A stretch of 29,353 nt of DNA from IMG/VR virus record IMGVR_UViG_3300047400_000216, positions 1 through 29,353 of that record. The stretch is one strand, 5' to 3'. The notes beneath the pieces were generated by a model. It made no database searches, was not told the origin of the DNA, and saw only the letters and a program-made list of their open reading frames with translations. Of this stretch, positions 1 to 6,456 are shown piece by piece. The DNA is from a virus (taxonomy: Duplodnaviria; Caudoviricetes). Position 1 is the stretch's first letter, and every line of letters begins with the position of its first letter. A program made the position numbers and the translations under genes.

Positions 1-552
1 AAGCCCCCCCCCCCCCAACATCAGGTACAATGCGCCCGGTGTAGGCATCCTGTCCGCTGTAGGCCCCCGGGTGAGTATCAGAGCAAAGAGTGCCAATAGG
101 GTCACAGATGCCGCTGTCAGTAGGGCCTGATGAAGCGCCCAAGGCAGTTTCTTGCCGCGCTTTTCTGCCCGCCTGAGAATCCCGGCGCAGGCCCTCGGGC
201 TCAAAAAGTACCGCTGCGGGACCGCGCCAGTCTCCAAGACTTGCGACAACGAACACTCGACGGCGTCGCTGGGGTACTCCGAAGTATTGAGCGTCCAGGA
301 CTCGGTAGGCGAACCCATACCCGAGTTGGCCCAGCGCCCCGAGGAAGGCACCAAAATCCCGTCCCGCGTTGGATGACAAGACACCGGGGACATTTTCCCA
401 GACAACCCATCTGGGTTGCAGGCTTTCAACAAGTCCAAGAAAGACCAGCGCCAAGTTGCCACGCGGGTCATCCAGTCCTTTTCTAAGTCCTGCGACTGAG
501 AAGGACTGGCAGGGTGTCCCGCCCACAAGAACGTCAACTGATCCTGATCCAT
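1..552 (-). CDS. alternative-frame ORF nested in the methyltransferase (beta-polypeptide-like), partial
   Basis: The +1 frame is open for 184 codons from ATG at 552, preceded by GGGAG at SD spacing. Translation: MDQDQLTFLWAGHPASPSQSQDLEKDWMTRVATW...RWANSGM...ECSLSQVLETGAVPQRYFLSPRACAGILRRAEKRGKKLPWALHQAL. The arrangement resembles M.EcoHK31I alpha/beta. Confidence 0.7.
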   Translation of the reverse strand, partial: MDQDQLTFLWAGHPASPSQSQDLEKDWMTRVATWRWSFLDLLKACNPDGLSGKMSPVSCHPTRDGILVPSSGRWANSGMGSPTESWTLNTSEYPSDAVECSLSQVLETGAVPQRYFLSPRACAGILRRAEKRGKKLPWALHQALLTAASVTLLALFALILTRGPTADRMPTPGALYLMLGGGGL

Positions 553-727
553 GATTCCACTCCCGAAATTTTGTCATGTCGCCCAAGTTTGGAACCGTGG
601 GCCAATGGTGTGCGAGAACGCTGGATGGGAAGGGCTCGATCTCGGAAAAAAACACGGGCTGCCAGCCCAAGGGCTCCCAGGCGACCGAGGCGGCCTCAAT
701 GCCGGAGCATACTGATCCGTAGCGCAT
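1..727 (-). CDS. DNA (cytosine-5)-methyltransferase, 5' part; runs off the left edge
   Basis: Manual translation from ATG at 727 (SD GGAGG): MRYGSVCSGIEAASVAW (motif I), SEIEPF (II), LGDM (III), DVLVGGTPCQSFSVAG (IV, catalytic PC), WENVPG (VI), FGVPQRRRRVFVV (VIII). There is no stop before position 1, so the ORF track omits it. Confidence 0.96.
   Translation of the reverse strand, partial: MRYGSVCSGIEAASVAWEPLGWQPVFFSEIEPFPSSVLAHHWPTVPNLGDMTKFREWNHGSGSVDVLVGGTPCQSFSVAGLRKGLDDPRGNLALVFLGLVESLQPRWVVWENVPGVLSSNAGRDFGAFLGALGQLGYGFAYRVLDAQYFGVPQRRRRVFVVASLGDWRGPAAVLFEPEGLRRDSQAGRKARQETALGASSGPTDSGICDPIGTLCSDTHPGAYSGQDAYTGRIVPDVGGGGA
4..16. repeat. C13 homopolymer (G13 on the coding strand) inside the methyltransferase
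   Basis: 13 consecutive C at 4-16. Confidence 0.9.
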
Positions 728-745
728 AGTCGTCCTCCGCAGCGG

Positions 746-774
746 ACCCTATGCAATCAACTGAAAAACGTCAA
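746..774 (-). promoter_or_regulatory. sigma70-like promoter for the methyltransferase
   Basis: TTGACG (774-769), 17 nt, TAGGGT (751-746), upstream of the SD and ATG at 727. Confidence 0.5.
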
Positions 775-775
775 G

Positions 776-1105
776 CTATGGACGGCGAGCGATCTTCTTC
801 GCCCAACTGGCCGCGTCCTGCTGCACGTTCACATTGAACGACCTATAAGAGCCCAGGTGCCCGAAAAGCAGATGGCAGTTCACCCCGTCGTTTTGGTTTT
901 CGCAAAGCGTGATTAGGTTCTTGGGATCCAGCTCTAGGTCCGGGTGCAGATGGAACGGGCGCATGTGATGGACTTCGAGCTTCTTGTTCCCGCCGCAGAT
1001 CGCGCAGGTTGGATTCATCGCCAGGTGTTTGCGGCGCACGGTGGGCCATTTGCCTGATCGTTTCTTGCCTTGAGTTTTCGCTGGATGATGGCGTCCGATG
1101 CTCAT
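776..1105 (-). CDS. HNH endonuclease (109 aa)
   Basis: CAICG, LEVHH, NLITLC and NCHLLFGH give an HNH/Zn pattern. The start is placed at ATG 1105 (MSIGRHH) because the longer frame crosses an upstream terminator. Confidence 0.9.
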   Translation of the reverse strand: MSIGRHHPAKTQGKKRSGKWPTVRRKHLAMNPTCAICGGNKKLEVHHMRPFHLHPDLELDPKNLITLCENQNDGVNCHLLFGHLGSYRSFNVNVQQDAASWAKKIARRP

Positions 1106-1119
1106 GGTCTGAGCATAAC

Positions 1120-1149
1120 AAAAAAAGCCCCGGGGGAATGCCCCGGGGC
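1120..1149 (-). terminator. intrinsic terminator after the secreted-protein gene
   Basis: GCCCCGGGG-CATT-CCCCCGGGGC hairpin followed by T7 on the minus strand. Confidence 0.85.
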
Positions 1150-1164
1150 CCGGCACAGGTCGGT

Positions 1165-1566
1165 CTAGAAGTTGACCTGAGCGCCGACCAAGGACCAATG
1201 GTAGGTCGAGCCTTGCCCGCGTCCTGAACGAACGGTCGTGATGTAGTAGCTCATATCGTAGCTCACATCGATGGCGGCCCCAGCGGCGGATCGCAGGACC
1301 ACATGGGATGCGCTCGGCAGGTTGTTCGGGGCTTGGTACAAGCCGCTATCAAACTGAATCCCGTTGATCGTCATGGTCACCCGGCCCAACGTGTTTGAGA
1401 TCGACAGCGAGCTGATGGCGAGTCCTGCGTCGTTCTGGAGGTTGTAGCAGAGAGCCGCGACCCCGCTTCCGGTGCCGCAAGCCTGGGGCTGTACGGTTGC
1501 GGTTGCCGCCTGAGCGGATGCGGTGGATGCGATGAGGGTTGCGAGGGCGATGATCGTCTTTTTCAT
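1165..1566 (-). CDS. secreted protein of unknown function (moron)
   Basis: SD AAGGAG. Typical Sec signal peptide MKKTIIALATLIASTASAQA. The mature part is beta-rich with two Cys and a C-terminal Phe. Confidence 0.85.
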   Translation of the reverse strand: MKKTIIALATLIASTASAQAATATVQPQACGTGSGVAALCYNLQNDAGLAISSLSISNTLGRVTMTINGIQFDSGLYQAPNNLPSASHVVLRSAAGAAIDVSYDMSYYITTVRSGRGQGSTYHWSLVGAQVNF

Positions 1567-1597
1567 TTTGGTTCTCCTTGGTTATGGCCCTAGATAT

Positions 1598-1614
1598 TGC
1601 CAGCCCCGTGCCAG
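1598..1614 (-). promoter_or_regulatory. sigma54 (RpoN) -24/-12 promoter candidate
   Basis: CTGGCACGGGGCTGGCA versus consensus YTGGCACG-N4-TTGCW. GG-N10-GC spacing is exact, with one mismatch. Confidence 0.6.
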
Positions 1615-1687
1615 CCTATTGAGCGTTTTAGGGGGTTTCAGGCCTATGCGGTGCCCAAGGATTAGACAGCGGGCTAGGTTTTGGACA

Positions 1688-1724
1688 GAAAAGCAAAAGG
1701 CCCCGGGGTTTCCCCCAGGGCCTC
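1688..1724 (-). terminator. intrinsic terminator
   Basis: GAGGCCCTGGGG-GAAA-CCCCGGGGCCTTTTGCTTTT on the minus strand. Confidence 0.8.
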
Positions 1725-1784
1725 GATCCGCGCCGGGTACGCCCGGCAAGTTGCTACGTCAATTTTGTTCTGCAACCACGGATC
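1725..1784 (-). other. predicted three-way-junction RNA structure
   Basis: GATCCGT/GCGGATC closing stem, GGTTGC/GCAACT stem with a 17-nt loop, and a GCCGGG-CGTA-CCCGGC hairpin. Confidence 0.45.
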
Positions 1785-1809
1785 AGCCGACAGCCTCACT
1801 GTGAGGTGG

Positions 1810-2064
1810 TCAGCCGTCGGAATCTAGGAAAGCCATGATGCGCTCGACCAGCTCATACTCGAGGTCGGCCTGGACCAAAACCTCTTTAAGCAGGGATTTT
1901 GCGATCAGCTTGCGCCTGTGCGTTTGAATCCTGGCGGCACAGCGCCAGCACTGAACAACGGTGCAATCGAGGTCGAGCATGACATCGAGGCCCAGGTGTT
2001 CTTCAAAGAGCTGATCGCAACCACCGCACCGGAACTTGTCTGCCTTCTTTTTTGCCTTCGCCAT
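1810..2064 (-). CDS. small Zn-ribbon protein (84 aa)
   Basis: SD GGAGG before ATG 2064 (MAKAKKK). CGGC and CWRC motifs. Confidence 0.75.
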   Translation of the reverse strand: MAKAKKKADKFRCGGCDQLFEEHLGLDVMLDLDCTVVQCWRCAARIQTHRRKLIAKSLLKEVLVQADLEYELVERIMAFLDSDG

Positions 2065-2217
2065 ATCGTCCTCCAGTTTTTTGAAGATCGGCCCCAGGAG
2101 GCTTAGGATCCCAGGGCCAATCCGTTCCAAGCAATTAGTTGCGGGGTAACGGCTTGGAACCTTTTTCAGCGTGTCCGGCGCGGATGAACGCATCCCGCAC
2201 CGTGCCTACTAGGACTT

Positions 2218-2478
2218 TCATGCGACACCGTTGCGCGCTGGCTTTTTCAAGGAAATGCGAAAGCCGGTTTTCCGCGTAGCGCCTTGAGTTCCGGCTTTGA
2301 CCAGAAACAAGTCCCACGGATTATTATTGTCCATCCCGCGATTGCGATAGGTTACACCGTTTAGCGTCACGGCAAAGCCAATCCAATCGCGCCAGTCGTT
2401 TTGATCTTTTCTGGCCTGCTCTAGGATTATGCTGACGATTGCAGTCAGGGTTTCAATGTCTCTGTTTGAAAAATTCAT
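2218..2478 (-). CDS. hypothetical protein (86 aa)
   Basis: SD GAGG before ATG 2478 (MNFSNRD), with a promoter directly upstream. Confidence 0.7.
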   Translation of the reverse strand: MNFSNRDIETLTAIVSIILEQARKDQNDWRDWIGFAVTLNGVTYRNRGMDNNNPWDLFLVKAGTQGATRKTGFRISLKKPARNGVA

Positions 2479-2497
2479 ATCGTTACCTCGCAAAACT

Positions 2498-2526
2498 AGA
2501 ATCCCATACCTGCCCGTTTTGGTCAA
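2498..2526 (-). promoter_or_regulatory. sigma70-like promoter with AT-rich upstream element
   Basis: TTGACC (2526-2521), 17 nt ending TGG, GATTCT (2503-2498). AT-rich tract at 2527-2560. Confidence 0.55.
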
Positions 2527-2568
2527 GAATTATTTAACAATAGGATTCTATTGGGTTTTTGCGTGTAA

Positions 2569-2709
2569 CTACAGCTCCGCCGGGCCGCCCTTTTTCCGCC
2601 TGGGAGGCTTGAGCTTTGGGGCGCATGCGGCGCACACCCATGTAGGGATGCCCTTATAGTCGCGCCACTTGCCCCGGATGAACACCCGCGAGCAGGGTAG
2701 GCAGCGCAT
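2569..2709 (-). CDS. small Cys-rich basic protein (46 aa)
   Basis: MRCLPC...WVCAAC. The ATG overlaps the upstream stop (TGATG). Confidence 0.6.
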   Translation of the reverse strand: MRCLPCSRVFIRGKWRDYKGIPTWVCAACAPKLKPPRRKKGGPAEL

Positions 2710-3020
2710 CAAGGGCACGCGGACCTCACGTCCTCTTTGATGTGCTCGATGTTCAGGTACGCCAAGCAGTTGACGGTCGCTGCTGGCAGGATGACCTGCA
2801 TGCACTGGCCCTTAACCTCGGGCGCATCCGCTAGGGCGGCGCACCGTTCCTCAGCAGCCTTTGCAGCCAAGCCATCGCAGAAGTCCCGGGCGAGGGCCAC
2901 CTTGGCCTCGAGCCGCACGCAGGCGGGATCCCGAGGCTTGATGACGAAGGCTAGGGCCGCGATCAAGGCCGCAAGGATCAGGCATCCGGTTACGACGAAG
3001 GCTTGTTTCTCTTTTTGCAT
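2709..3020 (-). CDS. membrane-anchored Cys-rich protein (103 aa)
   Basis: SD GGGGGA before ATG 3020. One N-terminal hydrophobic helix followed by six Cys. Confidence 0.75.
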   Translation of the reverse strand: MQKEKQAFVVTGCLILAALIAALAFVIKPRDPACVRLEAKVALARDFCDGLAAKAAEERCAALADAPEVKGQCMQVILPAATVNCLAYLNIEHIKEDVRSACP

Positions 3021-3087
3021 GGAGTCCCCCAGATCCAAGTGTCTCTGGGGTTTGCGAACATGGGAAGCGGGCCGCTAAGATTGTGAC

Positions 3088-3207
3088 ATGGAAGGTGCAA
3101 GCGATGAGTTCATCTGGTGGGCCCTGGGCTTCCTGCTCGGATTCTCTCTCTGCTGGTGGCAGTTCGAGCTGATGATCGACGAGGCCCACGACCGGGACTC
3201 AGAATAG
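3088..3207 (+). CDS. small membrane peptide (39 aa), probably leaderless
   Basis: MEGASDEFIWWALGFLLGFSLCWWQFELMIDEAHDRDSE*. Upstream: TTGCGA-18-TAAGAT-6 nt-ATG. Confidence 0.5.
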   Translation: MEGASDEFIWWALGFLLGFSLCWWQFELMIDEAHDRDSE

Positions 3208-3312
3208 AGCCTTCACGATCGTCAGGATCCCCGAGCCCAGAGCGACAAGGAATCCAAGCCAAAAGAGCGTGATGCCGGTCCATGCTGCGATTGTCTTCAG
3301 TGCGTGTGTCAT
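3199..3312 (-). CDS. small membrane peptide (37 aa)
   Basis: MTHALKTIAAWTGITLFWLGFLVALGSGILTIVKALF*. SD GGAGG and ATGA overlap with the HNH stop. Confidence 0.65.
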   Translation of the reverse strand: MTHALKTIAAWTGITLFWLGFLVALGSGILTIVKALF

Positions 3313-3647
3313 TCAGTCCTCCAGTCGGTTTGATCCCTGTTCGATTTGCCCAGGTTGCAAGCCTCGCAAAGGATTTGGAGGTTGTCGAATGAAAGCTCGA
3401 GATGCGGGAAATGGCTTCTAGGCTTAATGTGATCCACATGCATGACGCCCTCGGTCGTCCGGCAAAAGGCACAGACCCTTCCATAGGCTTTTAGGGCCTG
3501 ATACCTAAGTTCTCTCCAAGCTCGGCTTTCATAAAAAAAAACAGCCCTGGCTTTCTTCATGCAAACAGCCGAGCAGTATCCTTTTTTGTATTGCACTCGA
3601 TCGGCTCGAACATTTCTCACGCATCCACACAACCGGCATTTGAGCAT
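3309..3647 (-). CDS. HNH endonuclease with N-terminal Zn-finger (112 aa)
   Basis: CAFC, HVDHIKP, NLQILCEACNLGKS. N-terminal CRLC and YCSAVC. SD AGGGG. Confidence 0.93.
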   Translation of the reverse strand: MLKCRLCGCVRNVRADRVQYKKGYCSAVCMKKARAVFFYESRAWRELRYQALKAYGRVCAFCRTTEGVMHVDHIKPRSHFPHLELSFDNLQILCEACNLGKSNRDQTDWRTE

Positions 3648-3659
3648 TTGTTCCCCTGG

Positions 3660-4165
3660 TCAGCCCGATGGTCGAAAACCCCAAAGGCACCCTTTCCCTA
3701 CTTCAGAAGAAGTAAAGAACCAGACGCCGATGGGGTTCTAAAAAAAACACAGCCCTATGGCCGCATAACCCCAAAAAGAAAGTTGGCTAGAGCGGCGTGC
3801 ACGCCCCGCTCCTGTGCTGCCCCGAGGTTTGGATATTCTCGGTCAAGCCCCAGCAACTCAGCCTGGCCCTCGACCCGTGACGGTCTCTGATGGCCCTCAG
3901 CCTTAGCCGCACCAACGGCGGCCCACCCTTAAAAAGTTGCCTGCTGGGTACATAGCCCTTTCGGGCGTAGACGCTTGCGCGTTGGGATCGACCCCCTGAC
4001 CGTGTTTATAGAGCTACGGTCAAAGCCTCTTTTTTTGCTGATTTGATTAGGTCGATGTTGCGTTGAGATCGCGGCTGTGCGACCTTCGCCTCATCGACTT
4101 ATTCTCAGCACCTAAGTCATAAGCCCGATGGGCAGAGCCTTTCAAGCGGCAAACCCATCGGGCTT
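3660..4165 (-). ncRNA. candidate long structured RNA / regulatory leader (or origin region)
   Basis: About 500 nt without a credible ORF and with many stems. GNRA tetraloops occur in minus orientation: ACGC-GCAA-GCGT (3971-3982) and GCCC-GAAA-GGGC (3955-3966). Boundaries are approximate. Confidence 0.5.
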
Positions 4166-4175
4166 TTCTTTTTTT
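4093..4175 (+). ncRNA. candidate ~80-nt antisense sRNA ending in an intrinsic terminator
   Basis: TTGCGT (4058-4063)-17-GACCTT (4081-4086) promoter-like element. GACTTA/TAAGTC hairpin, then a 12-bp stem AAGCCCGATGGG (4121-4132)/CCCATCGGGCTT (4154-4165) and a T-tract. Confidence 0.45.
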
Positions 4176-4230
4176 GTTTCCCTTCCCGAGCAAAGCGGTC
4201 TACTCAAGCATCCATTGGAGGAAACCTGAC

Positions 4231-4461
4231 ATGATCGAACAGGAATGTAGTGCTTGCCTTGGATCCCAGGAAAATGAATTCATCACCCCTGAGGGCCACA
4301 CCGTCGTCGAGCGGTGCCCCTATTGCGTGACCTCCTGGGCCTACGCAACCCTGCGTCGGCCCGTGAGCCCTCAGGACAGCCTAGCCATCGCTATCCAGGC
4401 CGCCCTAAAAGTCTTGCAAAGGGCTCCAGCATTGGTTAAGTCAGCCCCCGGAGGACGATGA
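4231..4461 (+). CDS. small Zn-finger protein (76 aa)
   Basis: SD GGAGG before ATG 4231. CSAC and CPYC motifs. ATGA overlap with the ERF gene. Confidence 0.75.
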   Translation: MIEQECSACLGSQENEFITPEGHTVVERCPYCVTSWAYATLRRPVSPQDSLAIAIQAALKVLQRAPALVKSAPGGR

Positions 4462-5213
4462 TCATGCAATCAAATTCCATTGGAAATCTCGCAGGCGCAC
4501 TCGCCAAGGCTCAGGCCAAGATCCGGGGCGCCGTTAAGGACTCAGCCAACCCATTCTTCAAAAGCTCGTATGCCGACCTGCAGTCGGTCTGGGACGCTTG
4601 CCGGGGACCGCTCACGGAAAACGGCCTCTGCGTGATCCAGACGACCGAGAGCACGGAGGCCGGGTGTAACCTTTTGACCACGCTTGCCCATGAATCGGGT
4701 GAGTTCGTAACGGGTCGCCTGCCGGTCCTGCCGCTCAAGAACGAGCCTCAGGCCCTCGGGTCGGCGATCTCCTATGCCCGGCGCTATGCTCTGGCCGCCC
4801 TCGTGGGCGTGTACCAGACCGACGACGACGCGGAGCAGGCTCAGGCCCGGGGATCAGTGAACACGGCCCCGCGTCAGGTAGTTGCTCAAGCGGCCACAAA
4901 GATCAATGAGGTCGTGAAGGCCACGAACACCGTGACCCCGAAGACCCCGGAGCAGGCCGTCATCGCTGCAACGATCGACAAGGAATTGACGCGCACGACC
5001 GGGAAGCTCGGCGCTCCGTTTGATCTCGTGATCAAAAACGGGAAGCACGCAGGCAAGCAGATCCAGGATCTAACCAACCAAGAAGCTCGGGAATACTTCC
5101 AGTTCATTCAGGACGAGCTCAAGAGCCTGAACCGAAGCCCCGCAACTCTGCGCGGCCCGGGTCGGGATGTGTATCTCGCCCTCGAGCAGTATTGCTCAAT
5201 GAGCGGAGGATAG
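4458..5213 (+). CDS. erf: ERF-family single-strand annealing recombinase
   Basis: ALAKAQ, KDSANPFFKSSYADL and GSAISYARRYAL...DDDA are ERF signatures. Confidence 0.93.
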   Translation: MIMQSNSIGNLAGALAKAQAKIRGAVKDSANPFFKSSYADLQSVWDACRGPLTENGLCVIQTTESTEAGCNLLTTLAHESGEFVTGRLPVLPLKNEPQALGSAISYARRYALAALVGVYQTDDDAEQAQARGSVNTAPRQVVAQAATKINEVVKATNTVTPKTPEQAVIAATIDKELTRTTGKLGAPFDLVIKNGKHAGKQIQDLTNQEAREYFQFIQDELKSLNRSPATLRGPGRDVYLALEQYCSMSGG

Positions 5214-5214
5214 G

Positions 5215-5532
5215 ATGAAGAACTTTTTTAGTCGTCTATTCGGTCGAAAAGAAGAAAAAAAACCCGCACAACAGTACACGGCCGCGCAAGCAGAGGAATA
5301 CAAACTATATTCGGTTCCACAAGTAGCGGCCTTGCTTGGATTGCACAAATCTACCATTTGGCAATTCATCCGAGACGGGCGTTTAAAAACTGTAGACGTA
5401 ACGATCAAGCCCGCAGATCAACGCCAGCGCACAAGAATAAAAATCTCTCATGTTGATCTGGCCTGGTTTGTGGCCGACCGCAAAAGGCCATTACCCGCTC
5501 AAAATTTGTTTATAACAAGCAAACGAAAGTAG
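5215..5532 (+). CDS. helix-turn-helix (excisionase-like) DNA-binding protein
   Basis: LYSVPQVAALLGLHKSTIWQFIRDGRLK matches the Xis/HTH_17 pattern. Confidence 0.82.
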   Translation: MKNFFSRLFGRKEEKKPAQQYTAAQAEEYKLYSVPQVAALLGLHKSTIWQFIRDGRLKTVDVTIKPADQRQRTRIKISHVDLAWFVADRKRPLPAQNLFITSKRK

Positions 5533-5545
5533 AAAAGGGGATACC

Positions 5546-5920
5546 ATGCTAGCAGCATCAGTAAGAGGCCATATCGTAAAACCGCCCGTTTTGGCGCAAT
5601 CCGCCAAGGGACTGGCTTATCTCAAGTTCTCGGTCGAAGTGTCTGGCATCGAGGGGCGTTTTCCAAAGAAAATACCCGTCACAGTTTTTGGTCAACGCGC
5701 AGCTCAGTTGAACGGAACGCTCGGGCTTTATCAAGAGGTTGTTGTCATCGGTGAGCCCCAAGCCCGAGGATTCCAAGACCGGACCGGTAAGAACGCCGCA
5801 GTGCTCGAAGTCATCGCCCGCGATGTAGTGATCCTGGGGAACGGGCAAGCCCCGGCGGAGCCCACCTCTGCCGTGTCCGCTCCCCAGGTTAGCTTTGGTG
5901 AGGAAGATATTCCGTTCTGA
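5546..5920 (+). CDS. ssb: single-stranded DNA-binding protein
   Basis: OB-fold pattern (VTVFGQRA...VVVIG) and acidic tail EEDIPF, adjacent to erf. Confidence 0.92.
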   Translation: MLAASVRGHIVKPPVLAQSAKGLAYLKFSVEVSGIEGRFPKKIPVTVFGQRAAQLNGTLGLYQEVVVIGEPQARGFQDRTGKNAAVLEVIARDVVILGNGQAPAEPTSAVSAPQVSFGEEDIPF

Positions 5921-5969
5921 TCGATCGGCGCTTCTTTGAGAAGCGTGTGTGAGACTGCCGAACGATTAG

Positions 5970-6006
5970 GCCCCCGACGTCGTGGTGATGTCGGGGGTTT
6001 TCTTTT
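5970..6006 (+). terminator. intrinsic terminator of the erf-ssb operon
   Basis: GCCCCCGACGTC...GATGTCGGGGGT stem followed by TTTCTTTT. Confidence 0.8.
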
Positions 6007-6135
6007 AGCCTATATTAGCCCTCGGTCTTCACGCGCGGATCGCCCGGGGAAGTCGTTGCCAATATGGCCGCGCTAGGGGCCCGCTCCCGCAGGCACAATG
6101 CTTGACGGTTGAGCGGGCCTCGATACACTCAAGCC

Positions 6136-6456
6136 ATGCAAACCTTTGATGCCCTGCAAGTCACCCGGATCGTTGGCTGCCACATGATGACTTTGAAAGC
6201 CATGCGGGCCCGGGTGGCAGAGAAAGAAGCGGAGCTGGAATGCGATCTACCCTCTGGCACAGGATTCGTGCAGCGATACACCTGGGATGATGTGGTGACC
6301 ACGGGCATGATCCTAGCCGCCAAACGTGGGCAGGAGATCGACGAGGAAGTACTCAACTTTCAACTCACCAAGCGAGCAATCGACCTTGGGATCCTGTACC
6401 CGATCAATCTAGAAGGTGCGAACGGCCGCCTGTACCGGCCTAGTAGAATGGAATAA
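6136..6456 (+). CDS. putative MerR-like HTH regulator (106 aa), leaderless
   Basis: FDALQVTRIVGCHMMTLKAMR...RYTWDDV resembles a MerR-type winged HTH. Upstream: TTGACG-16-TACACT-6 nt-ATG. Confidence 0.6.
   Translation: MQTFDALQVTRIVGCHMMTLKAMRARVAEKEAELECDLPSGTGFVQRYTWDDVVTTGMILAAKRGQEIDEEVLNFQLTKRAIDLGILYPINLEGANGRLYRPSRME

Noticed and set aside
201-410. Third-frame minus ORF inside the methyltransferase
   Set aside because: Short, with no clear SD and no recognisable motif, unlike the +1 frame ORF.
130-729. Plus-strand ORFs 130..486, 152..376, 369..554 and 514..729
   Set aside because: They are antisense shadows of the methyltransferase and its nested frame on the minus strand.
2065-2221. 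Possible 28-aa ORF MKVLVGTVRD... or N-terminal extension of 1810..2193
   Set aside because: I cannot decide between frames from sequence alone, and the strong SD favours the start at 2064.
3559-3890. Plus-strand ORFs 3559..3741 and 3591..3890
   Set aside because: They overlap the HNH gene antisense, lack an SD and have low-information sequence. The region is better explained by RNA structure.
5215-6456. Lysogeny module / att site suggested by Xis-like and MerR-like genes
   Set aside because: No integrase or attachment-site repeat is visible, so lifestyle cannot be determined from this window.
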